DNA of 63,257 bases, the filler included, from Asterionella formosa (lineage: Eukaryota): the NCBI GenBank assembly GCA_002256025.1. It is 3 parts of 3 records of this genome, joined end to end, with 100 filler letters (N's around TTAATTAATTAA, not from the genome) between each part and the next. Parts side by side here need not be neighbours in the genome. Positions count along the whole stretch, not along the records: positions 21,122 to 42,139 come from NKIB01003146.1; positions 42,240 to 63,257 come from NKIB01003152.1; 1 more part is not named here. The stretch is one strand, 5' to 3'. Made by a program: the position numbers and the translations under genes. The notes beneath the pieces are model-generated. The model searched no databases. It was not told the origin of the DNA and worked only from the letters and a program-made list of their open reading frames with translations. Numbering within the stretch: the first letter of the stretch is position 1; every line of letters begins with the position of its first letter. Shown here one piece after another: positions 36,937 to 48,756 of this stretch.

Positions 36937-39900
36937 ACTATAGAGTACTACTTACCGGTATACTAGTTTCTATCTGGGCAAGCTAGCTGTAACACACAGT
37001 TGCTCCTGTTTGTTTGGTTCACAAGATCATAGTCAACTGGTATGTAGTTGCTACCCTGGCATACTGGCACCATAACATTACAGGTAGGCAGTTGATTATC
37101 CATACTGGTTTATGGACGGATGGTGTGGAATGAGGTGGAATGAAGCATGTTGAGAGGAGAACCATTCCTTGCTCTACAAAAATGTGCAAATGCATACATG
37201 CTTGAAGCAATGATACACACCCAAGATGGCACTGGTACCAGGGTATCATGCCTGCAGGTACACATGATGTTCTACCTAGTAAACGAGAAGTGAGTGATGT
37301 ACATAGCCACCAAGAGGAAGGATAATAAGTTTGAGGCAATTCACAAACAAGCTATCTTTCACTTGCCTAATATTGTAAATGGTCCACATGTCCATCCATT
37401 ATCACCTTCTGGTTGAAATAACTTGGAATCATGTTCAGTGGCCATCATGACCAGCAATGATGCTTTGGTGCCAGTATAATATGATTCATGTACACATATT
37501 CCTTCTGAACATCTTTGTGAAAGAAAACTTGCAGTGGAGCATATCATTTCCCTACTCAAGTCGCATCCAGGGATGATGCAGTACTTATGGGCAAGGTGGA
37601 ATACTTGACCAATATGATCCTCTACACACACACCTTCTTATCCTGGCTGGATCCTGGATTTGACATAATCCATCATTTTTAGCAAAATAATGATGCCCAA
37701 AATGATTGTTTCTATCACTTGATCTTATGCAGTAGACAATAATCACATAGTTACTATCATGATGAATTGGATGACAACTGCTGTAGATTTGGAAAACATT
37801 AATGATGTCAATCTTGATGATCTGGAATGGGGGCGGGGGGGGGAATTTGGTTGTGAAACTTTTCAGCCATCTCTACTTCATCAGTTATGTCTCCCAAATT
37901 TCCGGTATTTTCATTCATTGAATGAACTTGTTCATAAAATGAATGAATTTCACTGAGTTCTTCAATATTATCAGCGATGTCAGGAGAAGGAGTAAAATAC
38001 AATAACTGAAGTGACTATGTAGGAATAGACTCTTCATCAGTGAGGAAAAAATGTTTTGGTTTCACCTTCAAAAGCAATCTTTCTTTCTTTTGTATTTTTC
38101 CTGCTATTGAATCAGCATGCTTCGTTCTTTTCTCTGGAGAATTATAAAGCTGTTCAAAATCATTTTATCTATGTGTGAACACAAATGATTTCACTACTGA
38201 TCTCATTAGTTTTTCATTTTCTTTTCAGAATACACAATGTTGTGTAGTGTAAAAGCTGGAAGTTTCTCCCGTTTCCTTGATTGATCATTTCCGTTCAATG
38301 CCATTTTGGGATTTGACAAAGAACCAGAAGGGTGCAATATGAAGAAGTGATTGGTCAATGTGCTTGTGGTGGTACAACTGCACGCAAATAATGGTTGAAC
38401 AAGTAGTATGGCTGCACGCAATTCTTACCAATTAAAATAATTGTTGAACAGTAGCAACGATTAATGGGCTGATGGTTTATGCTGAAGGCACATTGCGTAC
38501 ATACATACATACTATAATGCAAATGGAACATGCAAAAATAAATGAATCCAACATTTATGATCAATTGATCATATTTGTATGATCATGTGATCGCATGTTT
38601 ATAACTATTTAATCCTATTCTGGTACCATACTTTCATTTTGAAATCACCATACTTTCATCACAAAAACATCGTACTTTTTATGAAATGTTATTACATTTC
38701 TATAATCAATTAATTATATATTCAATTATCATACTCTATTACGATGCTATCATTCTTTCTATAAAATGTTATCATATTTTTATGATCAATTTATCATATA
38801 TTCAATAATTATATTTTATTTCAATGGCATCGTTCTTTTTTGTAGAATGCAATCATATTTCTATGATCAATTTATCATATATTCAATATTTATTTGGGAT
38901 AGTATCCCGGTTTTGCTTATACCAGGAGAATAATTCCAAAGAGGACAGTGTCTATACAGTCTACACTTCAGTGCAACACACAGTTCTATGCACGAAGATG
39001 CGGAGGATACAGAGATTTCCAGCAGCAATCCAAGATAATCATAATCACTCCCTTTATTGATAGTACCATCTATAAGGCAGATTCAACAATGACAAGAGGA
39101 GCAGAAGACAACAACATCCCATTTATGACAGCAAACCACGAAGAATAAGATTGCAATAACAAGGGATCGGTCAAGAAGACTGAAAGCGAGCATTGTGCTG
39201 CAGCCAAAGAACAAATTAGATACAATGCATATATTGATTGAATATGTATAGTCAACAAGGTTAATATTTAATTTACGATGATAATTACTGTACCTAAAAG
39301 ATGATTTATTATAAAAAAAATTGATCCGATGATCATCATCGAAGGATGCATCATATGAATATGATGTTTTCTATTTGCAGACGAACTATGGTCATAACAT
39401 TCATGACACCAGTCTTGTTTTTGTTCTTGGGTGCAATGTTCTTTTTCTTTTTCCTTGTTTCAAATGTGACCAATTCATCATCATGCCCTAACAATGATTT
39501 TGTATCACCATCTATTACCATTGTCTCATCATCTGCTAATTTTGTCTTTGCCATCTGCTAATTCCAACATCTCAATAAAACTTTTTATAAACTTGGAATT
39601 CAGTCGCTTACATTGCAAGCGATTGACGACTATATATAAATCAAGAATTGTAGTATTGGACCAAGAATAAAACCTTATAGTATATTTAAGTATGCTCTAC
39701 TATATACTATTGATTTGTTGATGTAATTCCATTACCATCAATAGGAAATAGCGCAAGTCATAATTTTCGAGTCGATTTTTCGTGTTGAAGCTAGTAGAAC
39801 CATCATCGATGTTAATGTAAATCACTAAATATACTAAAAGAAATGAGAATTGAGTCTATTAACGGTTATACAATGTTGTAATATATAGTATAGACTGCAT

Positions 39901-40580
39901 TTCTATATTTTTATTGGGAGCTGCTACAAGGAACTACTCCTGGCTTTGAATATCCTCCATCAAGCAGAATGATCTCATTACAGCATTTCCATAATTGAAT
40001 TTTCATTTAAATTGTACAGCTTTAGTACCTGCGTGAACCTGTCGATATTATAGCGTGGACTTTGTGAAGGCAACGCAGCAACTTCCCTGCCAAGAAACCC
40101 AAGATTACAAAGTATGAGCCATCCATGATGAGGACAGCTGTAATCATCTCCAATGGCTTGCCCGATTTATCCTCCACAAGCCAGCTTGAAGCTGATAAGA
40201 TCATCTTACTTGGCCACCTTCTCACAGCATTCATGTTGCTCACATGAGCGCCAATTATTGTTTGCATTCTGTCCAAGTAGCTCCCCATCATGGCAATCAT
40301 TGATCACTGCTGATCTTGTTGTTGAAATGATAAATATATTGCCGGTATACTATGTGTGCTGGTTGTACCGGTATTTTATATTGGTAGCATCATTTTATAA
40401 TGGTACTAGTGTCACTCAATTTCTGCCGCAAAAATCATAATTATAGCACATTACATACTTTGTCTATGTCTAGAAAATCATTGTGTGTTTGGTGGCACCT
40501 TGATAAAATGTACGGGGGGAGGTAGCAACCTGGGGGGGGGGGGGCGTACATGGAAGTTTACNNNNNNNNNNCCCCCCCCG

Positions 40581-40650
<70 letters not shown>

Positions 40651-41475
40651 CCCGCCCCCCCCGTACAATGAAGTTTACAGTAAGTACTTCTAGATGCAGG
40701 AGTTATATGTAGCACAGTATCATGACATGCATATATTTGTACATTCATACGCACTGCTAGACTAGAACACCGGCACTGATGCGGTCATCCATTCTGAAGT
40801 ACCTTTATGCTACGTACATATAGATAAGCATTGTCTGCTCTTTTTTTGCTGTTCCAAGGCACCAGGAGAAAACCTATCTGGCCGCTTTGCCCGCCTGCCC
40901 CATCTTTGTGGGGTGCTTAGGGGGCATCATGTGAGGATTCGAATTTCTCTCACCAACACTTATTCAGGAATGGTTTTGTGTCCGGTGAGGCACCGGGCAA
41001 GGTAGTGTGAGACTTTCACTCACTAAAATCCTGTGTGCAGCCCCAGTCTTGACCAGTACCTGTCTGTCCTACCTGTTGGGATGTTGGCGTGTGGAGCATT
41101 GTCAGCTCTGATACTGTTAGACTATTGGTATAGTACTATAGAGTTTTGTTTCTATGGAATAGTATTATGCAAGCACCATTCATTCATAATAATTATACCT
41201 TATATGATATTGGGCGCGCTCTGATAATAAAAAATTATTATATCATGTGTGTATTATAACACAAATTATTCTGGTGATCTGCTACATAATATCGTCCTTG
41301 TGCTCTGATATTAGAGATATTTTAGATTACTTCTCTGACATTATATATATTTTTAACTTTAATTTTCAACAGTTAAATTTTCATATCGATGCATCCTCTT
41401 GTATGCTAGTAGTATGCCGCCTCTTGTTCATTATGTGCATGAGTTCTATATATTCATCATCGTCGGTCACTGACC

Positions 41476-41498
41476 ATGTCGACTTTCATCTCATCTCC

Positions 41499-41531
<33 letters not shown>

Positions 41532-42139
41532 CATTATGATCACATTGCTACTGTTAGCAATGTGCTATCCACCAGTAAATAGGACGCCATCGTTCAGGGA
41601 AAGTTTGACTGTTGATGAGGTCCGAAGAAGAAGTGGCAAAATCCGTCGCCACGCACTACAGCATCCATTATCGAGTCCATTCTGGACTTTGTTCAACAGC
41701 AAGCATGATGATGCTCTGATTACCTTGTGTGGGTTTGACCATGCTTCTTTCGAGCTCCTACACCAGCTGTTCAAACCTTGTTTTTATTCCTTCACTCCCT
41801 GTAGGAAAAATACGGATTTCATTGTTAGAAATTCAACAACAAAGAAAGGTCGGCAAAGATACCTCTGTTCCATCAGTTGTCTAGCGCTTGGGTTAGCATG
41901 GACCAGGACTCGTGGTTCCTATATGATTCTTCAGATTATTTTCGGATTAACTCATGGTTCTTTGAGTGTTTAGTTGAGGTTTTCAAGGCAAATGATTGCA
42001 AAAGTACTGCTGACACATGAAGATGCCGTTGTGAGACTGCCTACTGCAGACGAAGCCAACTTGTTTGCAACCATGATTAATCAGAAATACCCACTTATAA
42101 CAAATTGTTGGGGAGCAATGGATGGTCTGAAACTGACCC
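41476..42139 (+). pseudogene. PIF/Harbinger transposase N-terminal half, with an in-frame stop and cut by the gap
   Basis: LITLCGFDHASF, LALGLAWTRTRG, LQIIFGLT..SLSV*LRF, VRLPT and KYPLITNCWGAMDGLK (first catalytic Asp). TAG at 41971-41973. Confidence 0.82.
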
Positions 42140-42239
42140 NNNNNNNNNNNNNNNNNNNNNNNNNNNNNNNNNNNNNNNNNNNNTTAATTAATTAANNNNN
42201 NNNNNNNNNNNNNNNNNNNNNNNNNNNNNNNNNNNNNNN
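42140..42239. other. Assembly gap with artificial TTAATTAATTAA spacer
   Basis: Same construct as 21022-21121. Confidence 0.95.
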
Positions 42240-42480
42240 AAAAAGGGACAAAATCTCTTGTCTTGGTGATGGCCTTTAAACAACTAATATTTTCAACAGC
42301 TGCATTGAATTGACATAAATACATTCCAAGTGCAAAGATTAGACAAATAACCATTGGATTGGGATAAGCAGGCCTTGAGAATCTTGCCTGGTCACCTTTT
42401 AAATATTTATCCCTCAAAAGTGCTTGTTTTTGGTCATCACAACCGCCATTGCAATGGCCATCACTTACCTTCTCTTATCT
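42240..42480 (-). pseudogene. Possible Crypton-type tyrosine recombinase fragment
   Basis: KGDQARFSRPAYPNPMVICLIFALGMYL resembles, from memory, the KGDQ...YANP...ICP..ALG.Y segment of stramenopile and fungal Cryptons. The fragment is short and degenerate. Confidence 0.4.
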
Positions 42481-45400
42481 TTGTTCCTTAATGTGATCTT
42501 GTGGATTGCTTGTTCACTGCTGGTTCAAAAATTGTATCTATGAGATGATGGTTCCTCGAGGGCACTCATTCCAATTTAGTTTTGAGCGATTTTAACATTG
42601 GCTGTCAAGGCAAGGCAAAGCAAACATTTTGAAATTACAAAGCAAAATGCACAGGACATTTGGTCCGAGAAGGATGAATGAACCATGACAAGTTTGATGA
42701 ACCTCAAAACTGCCAAGGAAGATATTTAATGCTAGAATATAATTAATACATACATTAGTAAGTGGAAAGGATTAATAAGTTCAATTATATAGCAGCATTA
42801 CGAATCATATGTGGTTGAGAACAAGTATGTTCATTGCTTTGGTCCATCTTTCTTTGTCTACTTCGCAACAATTATATTAAATTATGTATGGCCGTTAGTG
42901 GAGACCAAAATGCAATGTATTCAAGATTTAGTTGCCTTTCTTTTTATCTTCCTCCAAAGATGTTTTCAAACAGATATTATAGTGGTACATCAAATATATT
43001 GAGCCCACTCAATTTCAGAAATGAATTTGCGTGGGTCCATGTTCCTGTTTCAACAAACAATAAAGGAGGACCCACATTCCCCATAACATCAATCTTGTAT
43101 CCTTGATTGATGCAAGGCATTCTCTTGTCACCACGAAAATCAATCGTCTCAATTCCAAGACTCTCTTATCAATTGCATCATTTTAAAGTACTTCGAAATG
43201 GATCAAATCCTTCTTGTACTTTTCGTTGAAACCTGTAGATATCTTTCTCCTTTCCTTGTTTTTTGGTTGAAACTTGTAGACAAAATTCATCACAGCAAGC
43301 TTTTGGCAATTCTGACAAATCGCCTCTTCATGTTCAGACATGGGCATTGTTGGATTTATGCTGACGGGCAAGGATTACCTTCAATGCCTTGCATGTTAGC
43401 ATTGTTACCATTTGTCGTGTTTCTTTCTATTCGTTCTCCCTTTGTCACTGAAAATCAATTGCGAGTTTCCAACAAGCTCATGGAACATGGAACAAATGGT
43501 ACTACCTGTCATCAAGAACATCTGAGACCAATGAGGATGGCATTGCTGGTCGATCATAGTTATAGCAAGGAGTTGATGGTGAAGATCAAACAATGACAAA
43601 CAGAGGTATCATCACGGTGAGTGCAGCGATCAAGTGTGAGGCTGTGGCTCATCAGTGTATGTGGCATGTATTTGTCAAGAGATTCATGATGGTTTATTAT
43701 GGTTTATTATTAACAAGTGGTATGATCATTCATATATTTAATGAAGAGGAAATGAACGACATCAACTAGGACGACTCTACTTTTATGTATTCAAAACAAA
43801 TATTGGGTTGTGCTAAATTTTACAAATGTAGAACCAGCTACTGGTACAATGGGCCGGTGTGTACCTGATGTACTTTGGGGGGGGGGCACCAAGCCATAAT
43901 TTGGATCGAAGTTCTGTATCCTACCGGTAGGTACATGGTATGGTATGGTACCAGGTACCAAGTACAACAGGGGCCTTATCGTGAGAGACCACGTATGTAC
44001 CACAGCCAAATCCTTGCCTTTTTGCTTGGTGACGCTGGTTCCTAAGATACCAGTACGATAGTTGACAATTGCCCATTCACACATGATACTTACGTAATTT
44101 GCATCGAAGTGCATAAACACAGATTCCATCAAGACAACTACTACATATGTAAAATGCCATGAGAAAACAGCTACCAGAAAAAAACGGCCGTTCGTCTGGT
44201 GTTTCCCTCAAATGATCAAACTTTACTCCAAGTTCGACATAGTAGTACTAGATATACCGTGTTAAATTATGAAATGGGAATGAACGGAAGTTCAGACTTC
44301 GGCTGAAAAACCGGCCTACTGTCCGAACATCTCTACGAAAATCAGCGTAAGTGTCCGGTAGATGTCTGATAATGTAAAACAGTGGAAGGGAGACGCGGAG
44401 CTTTTTGCGGCGCTTTTGGAGGTGCAACTGGTGTGATGGTAACCGAGTGTAGTAATTGGTGAACAGAGCACAGCAGTGTAATATGCATGTTCCGCCAGCA
44501 TAGTGTTTATATAATACACATGCCAGCATATATATATAGCTATAACAAGAAAAAACGTCATGATGATGAACGTGATGGCTGGTTGTTGAGGATACCGGTG
44601 TGTGATATGCATCAATCCATATCACAAATCATATTATGGTGATGTACATATCAACGCATCCGTATACTTACATCCTACCCACCGTATAATACTATCATAT
44701 TTACTATTTTCTTTTACTGTATACATTTAAAGTCCAATATATATATATTAACTAATTTACCTTTATGATTGATTGATCTTTCTTCTATGGTGTATTGATA
44801 ACACTTGTGAACATATTTTATGTTATTTTATTATCATTGTATTATTTTAACATGATCATATTTTGATTAAAAATATATCATAAACATTTCTTTATTAAAT
44901 CATCATAGTTCTATGACCACTGTATCATAGCGTTGGTGATGTATGCATCGATGTAACCCTATCGTGATATCACATTTTCATCTTCTCAATCATTCAATGT
45001 TGATTGGGAACTGTATTCTGCATCTTACTATGGAGTATGATATTATAACACGCACTTTAGTAGCTAAGTCACTCCTGTAATGTACACAAGTCGACAGTGT
45101 ACGTACACACATGCTAAGCAGGTATGCATGGAAAAGAAATTTTAATCAGAATCATTCTATAACTATAAATATGTGGATAGCAGTCTGTTACATTTTCGTA
45201 TCGCATTCTACGTTGAATCTCAATTGTAGATGTAGTATCTTGTTAGAATTTAAAATGTCAACGAGAACAAGTAGAATGTGTTTCTTTACGAGTTGATTGG
45301 CGAAATTGTAATGCTGGTGGTCGACGAAACGGAATTACTAAGTGCGCTGTGTGCGGAACCATTCCGAGTTCGAACGATTTCTTCTCTGTAACCTCTTAAT

Positions 45401-45547
45401 TGAATAATTATGAACATAGGTTCACTGCACATGAAATTTACTCAAAGAAATAATGATCACTTGACCAACAAATGGAGACGTTATCACAAACAATCATTCC
45501 ACTTGTCATCCCTAGTATTTCGTTGTTGTTGCAAAAATCGGAGTGAT

Positions 45548-46040
45548 GACGGATGGAGATGACAAACCAAATTACACTACTTTAGCTGGTACATTATCCT
45601 ACCTAGAAATTTCAAAACAGGAATCTAATAGTAACAATAAATATATAATTATAAAATATTCGTAGTCAAAAGGGTCACTATTTAAATTACAAGGGCATTT
45701 ATCAAATTTTTAGATGATATAACGAAAAATTATGATCAAATGATCACAATCCTATGATGAATCATGGGAATATGATTGTTCTTCTTGCAGACGGACGGAT
45801 GGAGATGACGAGCCAAATTACATTACTTTAGCTGGTACATTATCGTACAAAGAAATTCAAATACAGGAATCTAATCGAAACAATACATACAATTATTAAA
45901 TATACATAGTCAAAAGCGTTACTATTTAAATTACAAAGGCATTTATCAAAATTATTAGCTGATAAGACGAAAAAATTATGATCAGATGGTCACAATCTTT
46001 TGATAGATCATGGGAATATTATGGTTTCTATTTGCAGACG
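45548..46040 (+). repeat. Two tandem ~246-bp units of a dispersed repeat
   Basis: GACGGATGGAGATGAC at 45548 and 45794; each unit ends TTGCAGACG. A third copy lies at 29705-29940. Confidence 0.9.
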
Positions 46041-47169
46041 CAATGCCATGTGCTGAATCTTTAATTGCAAATTTGGTTGCTGACTATATTGATGAAGGGG
46101 ATGAGGAGGATGATAGTGCCTTAGATAAAGGCGTGCCATGGCAGCAGTCAGTGATGTTTTCAATAAGGTTCCTATAATCTCATGAGATGCTTTGATCTGT
46201 TTAAAAACTGCACTGATGTATGCAAAAGAAAATGATTTATTTTAGCTGGAGCTTCCATTGCTTGAAATACTCGACTCCGTTCAGAAAAGATTTCATTCTA
46301 GATTTTTTGAGACTCCAATCAAACCTTTCTTTAATTCCAAATGAAAATCAAAAAGTTAAGTCTTATAAACTGAAAATTATTTGTTTCAACCTTCCGGCCT
46401 TCTTTTATGCATATTGTACATATTGTGTACCCTGGTACTGTAGTACGTATAAAACAGGTTAAATTTGCGGGACCTCCGTGTATGATACACATCCCTATAG
46501 GATACAAAAAGGCCATACTTGCAGGAGCAAACATGGTGTATCTTATAGGGAGGTTCTAATCTACCTTGTAACAGCCACCAGGCAGTTACCAGGTACCAAG
46601 CACGGAGAAGTGCATATTAGTCTACTCACTTGTTTCCCGGTACCAGGGATCCCCTACCTGTGGTACTCTTGAAAACCTGTAGCTAGAGCCCAATTAATTC
46701 ATTCTCCATGAATCAAGACTCAATGGCTGGTCCCTATTCTGTCATCATTAACTGCGTCGCTGTGGTCAGACAGGGTGCATGGCATGAAACTTTCAATACT
46801 CTTACTATGTCGAATATTAGAGTGCAAATAATGCAGAGGTTACAAAAATGTCAATGGAATTTTATAGCACAATAAAGCTATCCAAAAATTGCACTCGGGC
46901 CCACCAAATAGATGGACACAATTAGTACCGGTTTTATTCGTTCATACGGTACTACAACGGGACCTGTCTTCAGAGAAGAGTTACAATGTAACATGCAGGG
47001 TACACAATTTTTGTCAAAACACCCAAATGTTAACAGACGAAGAAACTAAGCTAGTAAAATCACAGCAATCAGACTGGCACTGGTAAGCACCCTCTCTCAC
47101 CATGGAGGGCGTTATATTCCATTTACAGCTGCAACATCAAATGAGTTCGTTTCAGCGCCACTAAAGCTA

Positions 47170-47761
47170 TACAGTATACAACAAACTACAAATAGATGAA
47201 AGAACCACAAGAATTGACAAGAAACTCACGGAGAAAGAAAAAATCCAAATCCACTTAACAGCATCATTAAATCGAGTAAGACTTTTGCCGATGTCCACGC
47301 CTCAAAATCAGATCCAAATAGCCCGTTTCGATCCCGCCATACCTACATGGTACATATTGAACAACAACCAGAGAAAAGAACCACAAGAATTGAAAAGAAA
47401 CTCATGATGGAGTAAGACGAAAATGACCAAAATACACCGAACATCATCATCAATTAAGTAAGGCCTTTGACGATGTTCACGCATCCAAATCAGATCCAAA
47501 CAGACCGTTTCCGTCACACCATAATACCTTCACAGTACACACTGAACAAAAAAAGATGAAAGAACCACAAGAATTGACTAGAAACTCATGGAGATAGCAG
47601 ACTAAAATGACTGAAATTCACTCAACAGCATCATCCAATTGAGTAAGGCTTTTGACGATGTCCACACATCCAAATCAGATCCAAACAGACAACCGTTTCT
47701 GTCACACCATGTAACTACACAGTACATACTGAACATCAAACAGGTGAAAGAACCACAAGAA
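47170..47761 (+). repeat. Diverged tandem repeat, about three units of 176-188 bp
   Basis: AGAACCACAAGAA recurs at 47201, 47377, 47561 and 47749; AAATCAGATCCAAA occurs in each unit. Confidence 0.88.
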
Positions 47762-48103
47762 TGGGATGTCTTGGAACAAAACAATGGGTAAGTAAGTTCT
47801 GGTTATATTATCTGCTAGCAGGTGGAATTTAAAGGTCTATCTAAGTGCATTTGAGTTTCCTATTACTAGTTCCCATGATGAGAGCATCGATTTGAATATT
47901 TGAATTAAATAGGAATCGGCGCCAGATTCTTGATAGAGTTCCATTTTAAACACATAGAAATGATATTTAAACGTTAATACTTTATCTACGTTGCTGTTTG
48001 TAGATATGATGTCGCTCAATGCCAAAACACATACCGGATTATAAATAGGGAGTACCTGGAGTTAAATACCAACTTATACCTCTCCAGAATTTTGGTTCCC
48101 ACA
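47762..48103 (+). repeat. Candidate 5' LTR (TG...CA, ~47762-48086) and primer-binding site TGGTTCCCACA (48093-48103) of the Copia element
   Basis: Begins where the 180-bp array breaks off, contains TATAAATA at ~48041, and ends CA a few nt before a TGG-initiated tract. No 3' LTR is available to confirm it. Confidence 0.35.
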
Positions 48104-48756
48104 TGACTTTTCTAGTCACTGGCCGACCTGCCCATCGTGGATACTCCACCACTACTACTAACTTCCTGTCTCTAACAGTCCTGCCAGGACTGTTGTTTCT
48201 CCTCTATTACTATTTTCCTGTCTCACAACAGTCCTGTCCATCGTGGTTATTCCCCTGTTAACAAGTTCTGGTCCCACAACAGTCATATCCATAGTGGTAA
48301 CTCCACTATTAATAATTTCCTGTCTCTCCAACTGGACTGTTGTCAACTGGCGACAACTCCTAGTTTCTACTTCTATCATTTAACATTTAGCTCACTTTAT
48401 TCCGAAACATAGAGTCTACAAGCCTTCATTTAAGTTACTATTTTTCAATTATCTAAAGTTTCCATAACACATTCAAGTGCTTATTGAGCCCAAACCTTCC
48501 AACATCATGTTTCTTTTATTCTTCTCCCTTCTGTTTTATTTTAATTTTATCGGTAGCCTTCTTTGACTAGCCCTTCCTTTCTTTCTTATTGCTTCCTTCT
48601 ATCATTTACTTTACTTCCATTGGTGGTTTTCTTCCACTGGCCCTTCCATTCTTTCTGAATACTTCCTTCTTCCATTTACTTTACTTCCATCGGTAGTCTT
48701 CTTCGACAAGCCCTTTCTTTCCTTCTGAATATTTCCTTCTTTTCTTTTCTGTTACA

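Noticed and set aside
40510..40666. Poly-G/poly-C tract giving poly-Gly and poly-Pro ORFs, with apparent TGTACGGGGGG inverted ends
   Set aside because: It abuts an N-gap, so the homopolymer length is unreliable and the ORFs are low-complexity artefacts.
40780..41050. GC-richer island with a B-box-like TTCGAATCC on the minus strand
   Set aside because: No matching A box or tRNA fold; too weak to call a tRNA or SINE.
47170..47761. Regularly spaced conserved motifs resembling a CRISPR array
   Set aside because: The intervening sequences are homologous to each other, so this is a tandem repeat.
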